From NCBI GenBank assembly GCA_951406725.2, contig OX597814.1, forward strand, positions 1,054,001 to 1,118,000: a stretch of DNA of 64,000 nt. Direction: 5' to 3'. Both the position numbers and the translations under genes were made by a program. Origin of the DNA: Octopus vulgaris. Lineage: Eukaryota. Below are positions 50,425-63,027 of this stretch, piece by piece (positions within the stretch are counted from its first letter, which is position 1; every line of letters starts with the position of its first letter). A model generated the notes under the pieces. It searched no databases and was not told the DNA's origin. It saw nothing but the letters and a program-made list of their open reading frames with translations.

Positions 50425-51559
50425 GAGGAACAAACTATACGATGAAATAGGGAAAGTCTTGGAACACGACTTCAGAGAAGATATCAAGAAAAAATGGAAA
50501 CGCTACCTTGATGACTGCTTCATCTTTTGGAACAGATCAGAAGAAGACCTACAAACATTCCACAACATCCTCAACACACTGCACCCATCTATCAACTTCA
50601 CAATAGATACCAGCCACAACGAACTTCCCTTCCTAGACATCAACATCAAAATACACAACTCCATCGTCACAACAAACATCCACTACAAAACAACTGACAC
50701 ACACCAATATTTAAATTTCTACTCTTGCCACACATCCCACATAAAAAGAAACACCCCATATAGTATGGCAAGATGCATATGCAGCATAGTAACCAACTCA
50801 CAAACATTCCAAATATGACTAAATGAACTTAAAAACTTCCTACTAGAACAAAAATACCCCCTTAAACTAATAAAAAATGGAATCTCAAGAGCAATGAAAC
50901 TGGACATCGCACAACTCAGAACTCCAAAAAAGAAAAACAAAGAAAACATCATCCCTTTCATAAACACACACAACCCTGGAGTTACCAACATGTTTCAAAT
51001 CATACATTCAAACTTACCAATAGTCCTACAAAGCCCCAAAATGGGAAACATATTAAACAAATATTGCATAAAAAACAGTAAACGCCAAGACAAAAACCTG
51101 AAAAAACAACTAACAAGAGCGAAATTCTCATCAGAAATTAAAACCGAATTCTTTGTAAAAGAGTGCGGAGGTGGTAGATGTGGGATCTGCAGTAACCCCA
51201 CCTACAAATATATAGAGGGAGACAAACAAATAAAATTTAAGAGTGATCACATATTCAAAGTAAATGTAGACATGAACTGCAAGATGCAGAACGTAATATA
51301 CTGCATAACCTGCCCCACATACAAGAAGGATTACATAGGTGAAACTGGAAATTCTTTATGCCAAAGAGCCAGAACTCACCGACAACATGTTCGACAGGAA
51401 TAACTGCGAAAGATTCCACTGAGTAAACACCTAGATACGTATGGAGAAGGAAAATTTAAGATCTTTCCCTTCTACAAATGTCCAACGAATGACACCTACT
51501 TCAGGGGAAATATGGGAAAATACTTCATAACAAAGTTCTCCCCCAAATTGAATGGCTGA
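50425..51559 (+). pseudogene. Penelope-like element ORF (RT C-terminal half + Cys-rich linker + GIY-YIG endonuclease; Neptune-like), 5'-truncated, two in-frame stops
   Basis: One frame: WKRYLDDCF, INFT, LPFLDI, YKTTDTHQYL.F.SCH, C-GGGR-CGIC, C...NVIYCITC...YIGETG..L..R...HR..V, LSKH, PKLNG*. Stops at 50816-50818 (TGA) and 51401-51403 (TAA). Confidence 0.93.
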
Positions 51560-51964
51560 AAATATTTCTATAATAATTTGTACTAAATGAAGGACCAATT
51601 TTGTAAAGTAAATTGTATTACACACACACACATACACACAGAGTGTTACACATATGTACATATACAAAAATAAAAACAATCTTTCATCCAGATTCTTCAA
51701 CCCATGTCAGCACAGGAATCAAATGTTGGATTGAAAGAACTGAACAGTGGTATAAATGTCAACACAATTATTTCTTCTTCCTCTCTTTCTTCCCTTCTCC
51801 ATTGACACCCCTTTCAGATATACAGGCATCCCCCCCCCACACACACACGTGTGCTCTCTCTCACTTTCTCCCCATTCCTCACCCTCTTGTACTATCTTAT
51901 ATCTCCCTCCACCCCTACACAATCAGTAATACTATAAAAAGAGACAAAATTCTTGCAAAAGTTC

Positions 51965-52003
51965 AATTTGACAACTCTACTAGAGTGGACAAAAGCGCTA
52001 ATA
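51965..52003 (+). ncRNA. Decayed U3-A8 hammerhead motif in the presumed 3' pseudo-LTR of the Penelope-like element
   Basis: AAT-TTGACAA-C-TCTAC(TAGA)GTGGA-C-AAAA-GCGC-TA-ATA; palindrome AGCGCT. GAAA reads AAAA and stem I is weak. Confidence 0.5.
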
Positions 52004-52119
52004 TATGATATATGATGTATAAAAACATGTAACATACTAATAAATATCTCTAAATATTTCTGAGTACCTCATTTCCTCCAAAATATATATATGTATATAT
52101 ATACACATATATATATTCT

Positions 52120-52522
52120 TTTACATTTTTTCTTGTTTCAGCCATTTGACTGTGGCCATGCAGAAACAACGCCTTTAGTCAAGTAAATCAACCCCAGGAC
52201 TTATTCTTTGTAAGCCTAGTACTTATTCTATCGGTCTCTTTTGCTGAACCGCTAAGTTACGGGGACGTAAACACACCAGCATCGTTTGTCAAGCGATGTT
52301 GGGGGAACAAACACAGACCCACAAACACACACATATATATATATATATATATATTTATACGATGGGCTTCTTTCAGTTTCCGTCTACCAAATCCACTCAC
52401 AAGGCTTTGGTTGGCCCAAGTCTATAGTAGAAGACACTTGCCCAAGGTGCCACGCAGTGGGACTGAACCCGGAAACATATGGTTGGTAAACAAGCTACTT
52501 ACCACACAGCCACTCCTGCGCC
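52120..52522 (-). mobile_element. tRNA-derived SINE (same family as 62545-62931)
   Basis: Full-length reverse complement. Other copies at ~57470-57860 (-), ~59487-59860 (+), ~28140-28293 (-). Confidence 0.85.
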
Positions 52523-52556
52523 TACATATGTATATATATTATGTATACATAATATG

Positions 52557-52625
<69 letters not shown>

Positions 52626-52915
52626 TATATACACACACACACACACACATATATATATGTATATATATAGTATATATATAATATGTATATATTTATAAAT
52701 ATGTATATATATAATATATATTATATATATATAATGTATATATTTATATATTTATCTTTATGTATGTATATGGTAACATCATGAAACATTAACTTAATGA
52801 CGGGGCTTCTACATGGATGTTCAGCATAATAGCAGCCAAACGTCCCTCAGATTACAAAATATTTTAGTCAAGGGGGACATTAAGATAAACGCCTTCTCTT
52901 TCTTACTTCCTCCCT

Positions 52916-52955
<40 letters not shown>

Positions 52956-53067
52956 ATGCACAAAAACACGAAGATGCACAAACATACTCTCAAACACACA
53001 CACAAACACACATACAGATGCACACAGACAAAGCATCAAATACATACACACATGCTAATGATGGGGG

Positions 53068-53405
53068 TTTCTCTCCTCTCTCTCTCTTCCTCCCCATCAC
53101 TCCTCTTCCTCTCGCTCCCTTCCTCCCTGTCACCATCACTCTCCCTACCTCTCCATCTCTCCCTCCCTTCCTCTCCATCTCTCTCTCTTTCTCTCCATCT
53201 CTCCCTCCCTTCCTCTCCATCTCCCTCCCTTCTTCTCCATCTCTCCCTCCCTTCTTCTCCATCTCTCCCTCCCTTCCTCTCCATCTCTCTTTCTCCCTTC
53301 CTCTCCATCTCTCTTTCTCCCTTCCTCTCCATCTCTCTCCCCCTCCATGTTTCTTCCTCTACTTCCCTCTCTCTCTCTCTCTCTCTCCCTTCCCCATCTC
53401 CCCTC
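53068..53405. repeat. Polypyrimidine minisatellite (~21-bp CTCCATCTCTCCCTCCCTTCT units)
   Basis: Direct observation. Confidence 0.9.
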
Positions 53406-53492
53406 ACACTTGGATGTTACATGTTCCCTTTCCCTAATGTGAACTCTCCCCTCCCCACACCTCCACTCTCAGAAGAAGTGAAGGATACTGTT

Positions 53493-53506
53493 GTTACCAT
53501 GGCAAC
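53493..53506. promoter_or_regulatory. RFX X-box GTTACCATGGCAAC
   Basis: Full match to palindromic GTTRCCATGGYAAC in unique sequence; no functional evidence. Confidence 0.5.
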
Positions 53507-54258
53507 CACAACTGAGCTACCAGCCAGTTTGTTCCAATAAATCTCCTCTGCCAGCCACTTTATGCTTCACTTGAATATTTAAGATTCTGTTCAGAGACGG
53601 CAGTGAAAGCTGCTGGTTTCTTTATTGCATGTCTTGCAGAATGATGGCTTACCGTTCCTTTCTGCGTGGAATGCTTCCTAATGAACTTGCTATCGTCCAG
53701 CTAATTATACAGCACATTAACTGCCAAAAGGAGACTGGGAAATTTACTTGTTTAACCCCTGGTCAACCTCGATCAAAAGCAGACCGGTAACCAGAAACAG
53801 ATCTTTGATCAAAAGACTGTCCTGTCTTTCCTTTTGTGCAGGGAAAAACTCTTGACTTCATAATCCAATTTGGCCTTTGTTTTCAAAGGTAATAGAGTGG
53901 GATCTGAAGGAGATATGGTTGCTATTTCTAATGACTGAAGTGGCCATGTATTGATTCCGTCATTGTTTTGTGTTTAGAGCTGTGCTTAGGTGTGGGTACG
54001 TAGGAGAGAGGTACTTTACACACTTCTTGGGTTACTCTTGCTGTCATTGAACTTCTGGTTAGTCCTGATCTGGCAGAGCCATGACCAATGACATGCTATC
54101 TATAATGATGATGATGATGATGATGATAGTCATCATCATCATTTAATGTCTGACTTTCCTGCTGGAATGGGTTGGATGGTTTGGTGGCATCCAATGAGTC
54201 AGAGGACTGTATCGAGCTCCAATGTGTTTTGGCATGGCTTCAACGATTGGATGCCCTT

Positions 54259-55360
54259 CATCATCATCATCATCATCATCGTTTAGCGTCCGTTTTCCAT
54301 GCTAGCATGGGTTGGACGGGTCAACTGGGGTCTGTGAAGCTGGAAGGCTTCGTCGATGCTGGCAACGGACACGAACGGATGGTGCTTTTACGTGCCACTG
54401 ACACGGTTGCCAGACAGAGCTGGCAAACGGCCACGAGCGGACGGTGCTTTTACGTGCCACCGACACGGTTGCCAGACAGAGCTGGCAAACGGCCACGAGC
54501 GGACAGTGCTTTTACGTGTCACCGGCACGGGGGCCAGCCGAGGCTGGCAACGGACACGGACGGATGGTGCTTTTACGTGCCACCGACACGGGGCCAGACA
54601 GAGCTGGCAAACGGCCACGAACGGATGGTGCTTTTACGTATCACCAGCACGGGGCCAGCCGAGGCTGGCAACGGACGCGAACAGATGGTGCTTTTACGTG
54701 CCACCGACACGGTTGCCAGACAGAGCTGGCAAACGGCCACGAGTGGACGGTGCTTTTACGTGTCACCGGCACGGGGGCCAGCCGAGGCTGGCAACGGACA
54801 CGGACGGATGGTGCTTTTACGTGCCACCGACACGGGGCCAGACAGAGCTGGCAAACGGCCACGAACGGATGGTGCTTTTACGTGCCACCGACACGGGGCC
54901 AGACAGAGCTGGCCAACGGCCACGAACGGACGGTGCTTTTACGTGTCACCGGCACGGGGCCAGGCGAGGCTGGCAACGAACACGAACGGATGGTGCTTTT
55001 ACGTGCCACCGACACGGGGCCAGGCAGAGCTGGCAAACGGCCATGAGCGAATGGTGCTTTTACATATCACCGGCACGGGTGCCAGACGAGGCTGACTGCG
55101 GACACGAACAGATGGGTCACTTAACCCCTGCTTTCTGATATATGATTTGATTTTGATTGTTCTCACTGGTCTTGCTGGGTCTTCTCACGCACAGCATACT
55201 TCCATAGGTCTCGGTCTCTGGTCATTTCCTTGGTGAGACCTAGATTTCGAAGGTCGTGCTTCACCACCTCGACCCAGGTTTTCCTGGGTCTACCTCTTCC
55301 ACAGGTCCCCTCAACTGCCAGGGTGTGGCACTTTTTCACACACCTATCTTCATCCATTCA
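54259..55360 (-). mobile_element. RTE LINE 3' end: ORF C-terminus (55357 to 55163) + 3' UTR with 12 x ~61-bp repeats + (GAT)n tail
   Basis: MDEDRCVKK..VEGTCGRGRPRKTW.EVVKHDL..LGL...M..DRDLW..AV is the typical RTE C-terminus, contiguous with the repeat array. Confidence 0.92.
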
Positions 55361-55897
55361 ACATTAATCCTCTTTTATAAATACATAACTGACCCATATC
55401 TTCTTGCTCCTTCTCCCTCTCCTCCTCAGCATCACCATTTGCCGTTCAAGAATTTGGACCTGGAGATCTCCATTTCCAGCGACTTCGAGGGCCAGTGACT
55501 CCCAGTGGTGTCGGGCGTCAACGAAGAGCCCTCGACTACAAGACGACCAAAATTTTTTTTTCCAAGGTCTGGGGTCTCCCACCCCTAAGCCCTAGACCAT
55601 CACCTAATCACCCTTACCCGTCTTGTTGCTTAACAACAACAACAACAGCATCACCATTTAACATCCGTTTTTCATGCTGGCATGGGTTGGACAGTTTGAC
55701 AGGAGCTGGCCAGCCAGAGACATGCACCAGGCTGCAGTCATCTGTTTCGGCTTGGTTTCTATGGCCGGATGCCCTTCCTACTTTACAAAATCTATTGGGT
55801 GCTTTTTACATGGCACCAGCACAGGTACTGCATACCTGGTACTGGCACAGATCCTTTTTACATGGCACAGGTGCATTTTACTATGCATTGTCTAAGA

Positions 55898-56148
55898 TAG
55901 TGTTTCTCAACCATTCTTTGCCTATGGACCCCTTTGGTTCCTGTTATACTCAAGTGGATCCTCCTAATCATTTGATGTTTAAAGGATCCTATTATATTTC
56001 TACAATCCAATGTTAGGAATTGTATAAAAATAATTAAAAAAATACTTTGTGTATTTTAGAAGTATGACCAATTTATTGCAGCTAAATTTTAACACCAAAA
56101 TCTGTATGGACTCTTAAGGGCCATCTGGACCCTGGGTGAGATCCACTG
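55898..56148. mobile_element. hAT-type MITE
   Basis: TAGTGTTTCTCAACC...GGGTGAGATCCACTG termini, perfect 8-bp TSD GTCTAAGA. Confidence 0.85.
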
Positions 56149-56169
56149 GTCTAAGATGACTCTGTCCTT

Positions 56170-56605
56170 GAAAATTATTATTTTTAAATCTCACAACAAG
56201 AGATATTCAGCAACAGTACTTTGGAGTAAAGACTGTTTGCCAACATAACATGGCAGTCCTGGTTTAGGACGAATGTTGCTGTAATTTAGCCCCAGAAGAC
56301 ATCGTCTCCAGCTGGCTATACGACACGATCTGTGTCCTTATATTTTCAAACAAGGGAATCTAGTATCCCCACTCAGCTCCAGCAATATCTGTGTATTGCG
56401 ATTTCAAAGTTCTTTCCCTTCATCAGGGAAATAAAAGGACACTGATCGCGTCGTATAGCCAGCTGGAGACAATGTCTCCTGGGGCTAAATTACAGCAACA
56501 TTCGTCCTAAACTAGGACTGCCATGTTATATTGGCAAACAATCTTTACTCCAAAGTACTGTTGCTGAATATCTCTCGTTCTGAGATTAACAATTAGTAAT
56601 TTTCT
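56170..56605. mobile_element. Fold-back element (family F4) with hammerhead core at 56388-56426 (-)
   Basis: Arms ~56170-56342 and ~56430-56605. CTGATGA-AGGG(AAAGAA)CTTT-GAAA-TCGCAA-TA-CACAGA; 5' strand of stem I lost at the inversion point. Confidence 0.85.
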
Positions 56606-56899
56606 AAACTAATGACACTTATTTATTTTATTGATTCCCTGTTAGCTTGTTGTCTTGTTGCATTCAGACGTTAACTTACCGGCTTCAGTTTCTGCCATTA
56701 AATCTCTGATCTGTTGATTGATCTCTGTATAAATGGATGCAGGTGTTGCTATGCTGTTAAGATGTTGACTGTGTAACTACATGGGTTTGAGTTCAAATTC
56801 AGTGTGTGGCACCTTAGATAACGGTCATCTATCCCAACCTTAGGCTGAACAGAGTCACATGATTGAACTTTAGGATATGGAAACATTGGAGGGACCATT

Positions 56900-57400
56900 C
56901 CATGCTCACAGGGGTTCTTATGCCTGAGAATATCTTGTATCTTTATCAGGTCACCGTTTGATTATGCGTTGAATATTGCTGTCGTCTTTGAGCTTTTGTG
57001 TCCTCAGTATGCCTTCACTTGATTGATTGAATTCAGCATCAAGCTGTTAACATGGTGGAGCATCTTTCTTCCTGAACGGAGTCTTTGGCTCATCATCAAA
57101 ATGTATCTTTGTTATGTCTTTGCTCTAAGTATTTCCATGGTCATTGCTCTGACATTGTTACTGGTCGAGTACCCTCTGTCAAAACCTTCAAACCTGTCAC
57201 CTATTTCTCTTGCCAGGCACAGAGTTTCTCTGTTGAGCTTTCTGTTGGTCATAACTCCTTTTATCCTAATAACTTCTTTCCTCAAACTGTTGCTCTCCGG
57301 AACTCAGTACCATCATCTGGTTTCCCACTGGTCCATGATATTCAGCTCTTTAAGCTTTCAATCAATCGATATCCTTTCAATTTGTAACTCCCCCCTCCAC
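56900..57400 (+). mobile_element. CR1-group LINE ORF2 C-terminal relic
   Basis: LAHHQNVSLLCLCSKYFHGHCS..NNFFPQTVALRNSVP..FP..HDIQLFKLSINR. Confidence 0.7.
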
Positions 57401-58056
57401 TCTTTACCTTCTTTGTTATCCCTTATGCTGCAGGGGCCTCAAATCTTGTTTGAGGCAAAATCATATTCTCTTTTGTTTTCACTCATTTGACTGACCATAT
57501 TGGAGCACTGCCTTTAGTCGACGAATCAACCTCAGGACTTATTCTTTGTAAGCCTAGTATTTGTTCTATTGGTCTCTTTTACCAAACTGCTAAGTTACAT
57601 GAACGTAAACACACCAACATCAGTTGTCAAATGATGGTGGAGGGACAAACACAGACACACAAACATATATTTATATATATATATATATATACACACAATG
57701 GGCATCTTTCAGTTACCGTCTACCAAATCCACTCACAAGGCTTTGGTCGGCCCGAGGCTATAGTAGAAGACACTTGCCCATTGTGTCACATAGTGGGACT
57801 GAAACCAGAACCATGTGGTTGGTAAGCAAGTTCCTTACCACACAGCTACGCAAGCGCCTATCCCATAAATAATTCCTGGATGGATGGTAAACCTTAATCA
57901 GTTACCTGGTTTAATATCACCACTTGACCTTTAGGTACCTTTAGCAGAGGCCATGCTGCAGCAAGCATTTTAAGCTAAGTCTTTGGTTTAAGGTTAACTT
58001 CTCTTTCTCCCCACCAGACACAGAAAGTCTGTAAAATCATGTTGCCCTTCCTCCTC

Positions 58057-58700
58057 TTAACCCTTTCGTTACCATATTTCTGTAGAGATGCTCTGTGTTT
58101 CTTTCAATTAATTATAAATATAACAAAGAATTTAGTAAAATAATTTAGTTATCTTTCAGCTAGTGTCAGGAACATAAATTGTGACTAAGGTTTGGTGGAA
58201 GATTTTAATTCAAAACTTATGAAAACAAGACATTTGTACTACAGAGTCAGAGGTGGTTTCAGCTGGGCTGGTAATGAAAGGGTTAAATTAATCATTTGTT
58301 AACCCTTTTGTCACCATATAACAAAGAATTTAGTTATCATTAAGCTAGTGTTGGGAACATAAATTGTGACTAAGGTCTGGTGGAAGATTTTAACTGAGAA
58401 CTTATGAAAACAAGACATTTGTACTACAGAACCAGAATTGGTTTCAGCCAGGTTTGTATTGAAAGAGTTAAATTAATCATTTGTTAACCCTTTTTATCAC
58501 CATATTTCTGTTGAGATGCTCTGTGTTTCTTTCAATTAATTTTAAATATAATAAAGAATTTAGTAAAATAATTTAGTTATCATTAAGCTAGTGTCAGGAA
58601 CATAAATTGTGACTAAGGTTTTGGTGGAAGATTTTAATTCAAAACTTATAGAAACAAGAACCAGAGGTGGTTTCGGCCGAGTTAGTATCAAAAGGGTTAA
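58057..58700 (+). mobile_element. Head-to-tail trimer of a piggyBac-type MITE
   Basis: Three TTAA-CCCTTT...AAAG(G/A)G-TTAA units separated by an identical ATTAATCATTTG spacer. Confidence 0.85.
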
Positions 58701-59371
58701 GCATTCCACCTAAAACTTCTCAAGTGGTGGAAACCAACCCATCACTATTTGTGTCCTATAAGTCATCACAACAGAAAGATTATTAATATTCAGTTATTCT
58801 CTGCCACATATTTGCAGGAACATCAACTGCAACAAGAAAAGAAACTATAACGAAGTCCTTTTCTCTGACGGAATATATTGAAGTGTAAAAATAAAAAATA
58901 AAATTTTCAATAATAAGTTGGTAAATTCTTCCAAGAATAAACTTGCAAGGAACTTCTTGAAAATTCAGCAGTAATCTCATAATATCCTTTTGACACATTG
59001 TTTTTATATTAATATCTGCAATAAGATCTCTGGAATCAGTCTTACATATATAATTTAGTTTTCTAAAATCATTGATCGGTGACAAAACCATTCTCTACGG
59101 ATCTTCAGATGCTAATCTTGGTACCTTGTTTTTATTATTATTCATTTTATTACTTTTTCCAAAAATCTAAATTGAATGAAGTTTGCTGCTGTCAATATTA
59201 TCTATGGATTTTGTCTTTCTTTATTCTGAGAATATGGTAAATATTAAAATTCAATTCCTGTCATTCGGTAAACAATGGAGGAGATTCCAGTCTCAGACAA
59301 CAAGCATAATTCCAGTGCTGTTTCACTCTTGAAGTGTTGGATGCAATAATGGTGATTCTTTCAGGGGGGGT

Positions 59372-59454
59372 GGTGTTATAGCTGTGTGGTTAAGGCGATA
59401 GACTAGAAATTCATTGGGGTCTCCCTGCAGAGGTTCAAATCCTAATCAGTGATG
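59372..59454 (+). pseudogene. tRNA-Ser(AGA) pseudogene
   Basis: GTGGTTAAGGCGATAGACTAGAAATTCATTGGGGTCTCCCTGC..GGTTCAAATCCT matches metazoan tRNA-Ser(AGA), including the long variable arm. Acceptor stem does not pair. Confidence 0.75.
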
Positions 59455-60432
59455 TTAGTTTTGTGGGGGTTTTTTTTTTTTTGTCAGCACAGGTATGGTT
59501 GTGTTGTTGAGAAACTCACTTTGCAACCATGTGGTTCTGAGTTCAGTTCCACTGTATGGTACCTTGAGCAAGTGTCTTCTACCATAGCCCTGGGCTGACT
59601 AATTCCTTGTGAATGAATTTAGTTGATGAAAACTATATGGAAGCCCTTGATATGTATGTGTGTATGTGTATTTGTTCCACCACCACTTGATAACCATTAT
59701 TGGTTTGTTTACATCCCCATAAGTTAGCATTTCAGCAAAAAAGATCCATAAAATAGGTGCCAGGCTTACAAAATAAGTTCTGGGTTCGAGTCATTTGACT
59801 AAAAGTTCACCAAGACAGTGCCCCAGTATGGCCACAGTCCAATGACTCAAACAAATAATAAAGAAAGAGAGATAAAACAATGATAATGAATGATAGAGCA
59901 GGACGCTATCCCATGATTCCATTATCTCAGCCTCAAAAGGGTGTCACATGACTGCTTTTCCTGTTTCTCCAGAATTTATTTCCTGTCAACTAAATAATTA
60001 ATTCAGCTTGTTATCAGTTGTTAATGAGATAATTAAATATTTTTGCTATTTATTTTTTGCTTCTATTCTTCAGTGTTTGAATTATATTTTCTTCAATTTC
60101 TCCCTTTTTTTTCAATAATCTCTTGTCATTCTTTAATCTCCTGTTTTTTGGCTTCTTTTGATTGTTATTTACGGAGATTTGTTCTTCATCACTTTCATCA
60201 TCATCATCATCATTATCGTCATCATCATCGTGATGATCATCGCTGCTGTCACCTTTATAATCTCTGGTATTTCTATTATCACTATCCTCATCATTGAGGT
60301 GATTTGACTCCCATTAACATGTCAACGAGAATGACTTGCTGTATTTTCATTGGTTCTCTGCACCCTGAGTTCAAATCTCACCAAGGTCAACTTTGCCTTC
60401 CATCTTTTCGGGGTCGATCAAAGTACTGTGGT

Positions 60433-60620
60433 CACTCCCCCTTCTCTCTCACTCCCCTTCTCTCTCACTCGCCCCTTTCTCTCTCACTCCTCCTCTCTCA
60501 CTCCTCCCTTTTCTCTCACTCCCCCTTCTCTCTCACTCCCTCTTCTCTCTCACCCCCTGTCTCTTACTCCCCCTTCTCGCTCACTCCCCCTTCTCTCTCA
60601 CTCCCCACTCCTCTCTCTGG
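60433..60620. repeat. Polypyrimidine minisatellite (~16-17-bp CTCTCTCACTCCCCCTT units)
   Basis: Direct observation. Confidence 0.9.
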
Positions 60621-61270
60621 ATTGTACCCATAATTCAAAGCATCAATCTTATTGTTTCATGCTGATTCAGCTTGTCTGAGGGATACTCAGCCACTTCTAT
60701 GTCAATTTCCCTATTAGGGATTCACTTTGTTGATCATTGAGACTGACAAAGATTCTTAATCATCATCAGTCATAATCCTTTCTCCCAGAGGCACAAAGCC
60801 TGAAATTTTGAGGGGAGGGGTAAGTTGGTTACATCAACTCCAGGGCTCGGCTCGTACTTATTTCACTGACCCCGAAATGAGGAAAGGCAAAGTTGACCTC
60901 GGTAGAATTTGAACTCAGAATGTAAATACAGACAAGCTGCTATTAAGCATTTTGCCCAGCATGCTAACAGTTCTGCCAGCATATTGCCTTAATCATCACC
61001 ATCATCATCATCATCATTATTGCTATCAACATCACTACCTATCATTTCATCATCACCTTTGTCAGCATCTGTACCCCCTTTAGCATCTTAGCTGGCCATA
61101 TCTGGCCCAAAAGTGGGGGTGCATGGTTTAGTGGTTAGGGTAGTGTTTCTCAACATTAATACCCTTGCGTAACCCTTAAAATAAATTACATCTCCCAAGG
61201 AACCCATGCATGAAAAAATTATATATCATATCTTTCTCATATTTTTTCATCATAGTCCATGTAGTAAATA

Positions 61271-61908
<638 letters not shown>

Positions 61909-62409
61909 ATAGAGAGTATTTCTTTCTCTGATGGCTGGAATTTGATTTTGGCACAAAATGAATCCATTACAGCGCAGACTTCGATACAAGTAGTTTGGGG
62001 TCTCTTTTCATGGTAACACGTGCTGATGACGTTAAGGTGATTTTATTTATTTTGCCAGTACAGAAACCAGTCCACGTGAATCCTTATACTTAAATGTACA
62101 TTAAGAGATTTTATTAACCTGATCTGCTTCGGTTGATTTCTGTGGTTATCATCAGTGTAAATTTTAGCGATTTAAATAAGAGTTTTGACTGTTATTTCCA
62201 GCAGGTAGACATACTTAGTATGATACAGCTCTATATTTAGGAATGAGAACCCAGGTCTATATTAGGAATGAGTACCCAGGTATATATATATATATATATC
62301 ACCGTGATCGACCAGGCTATCAGATACTGCTACACATCGCTGGTCACAATGCACTTTGCATTGTTTTTAGCCTTCATTCTATTTTCTCGCCCAGTTTATT
62401 TTTGTGTTC

Positions 62410-62445
62410 CTTCCTGTTGAAGAGCATAGGCTCAAAACATAAAAG
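62410..62445 (+). ncRNA. Decayed minimal hammerhead-like motif (family F9)
   Basis: CTTC-CTGTTGA-A-GAGC(ATAG)GCTC-AAAA-CA-TA-AAAG; a more decayed sister copy lies at ~20808-20845. Confidence 0.4.
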
Positions 62446-62544
62446 ACTTTCTCACTTTCCGAGCATTAAACTAAATACATCTGTTTGTTATTTACACACC
62501 TGTCTTCATCATTTGTTTTTTTGTAAATTCTCACTATATATTTA

Positions 62545-62931
62545 GGCGTAGGAGTGGCTGTATGGTAAGTAGCTTGATTATGAACCACATGGTTCCGGGT
62601 TCAGTCCCACTATGTGGCACCTTGGGCAAGTGTCTTCTACTATAGCTTCAGGCCGACCAAAGCCTTGTGAGTGGATTTGGTAGATGGAAACTGAAAGAAG
62701 CCCATCGTATATATGTATATATATGTGTGTGTGTTTGTTCCCCCCAACATTACTTGACAACCGATGCTGGTGTGTTTATATCCCTGTAACTTAGCAGTTC
62801 AGCAATAGAGTGTGATAGAATAAGTACTAGGCTTACAAAGAATAAGTCCTGAGGTGAATTTGCTCAACTAAAGGCGGTGCTCCAGCATTGCCACAGTCAA
62901 ATGACTGAAACAAGTAAAAGAGTTAAAGAGT
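62545..62931 (+). mobile_element. tRNA-derived SINE, full length (CORE-like ACCTTGGGCAAGT domain)
   Basis: GGCGTAGGAGTGGCTGTATGGTAAG head, GGGTTCAGTCCC B box, internal (TA)/(TG), AGTAAAAG tail. Abundant in the window. Confidence 0.9.
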
Positions 62932-63027
62932 AGGTCCAAATATTCTACCTTGTTTCATTTCAAACTGGCTGCATTCAGCCCCTCACAAGTAGCCTACAGT
63001 ATCATTCTAGAAATAAACAATCACATC

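Noticed and set aside
50816-50818. In-frame TGA in the Penelope ORF as selenocysteine (some PLEs are reported to encode selenoproteins)
   Set aside because: Context (x-L-N-E-L) fits an Arg CGA mutated by CpG decay rather than a Cys position. The second stop is TAA and the copy is truncated.
54350-55115. CRISPR-like array (regular ~61-bp period, palindromic repeats)
   Set aside because: The 'spacers' are themselves repeated, the array is contiguous with an RTE ORF and (GAT)n tail, there are no cas genes, and the context is eukaryotic.
54172-55138. 307 aa and 260 aa ORFs
   Set aside because: Antisense read-through of the GC-rich RTE 3' UTR repeats.
58783-59091. 102 aa minus-strand ORF in unique AT-rich DNA
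   Set aside because: No recognisable motif or splice signals; an upstream in-frame stop bounds it.
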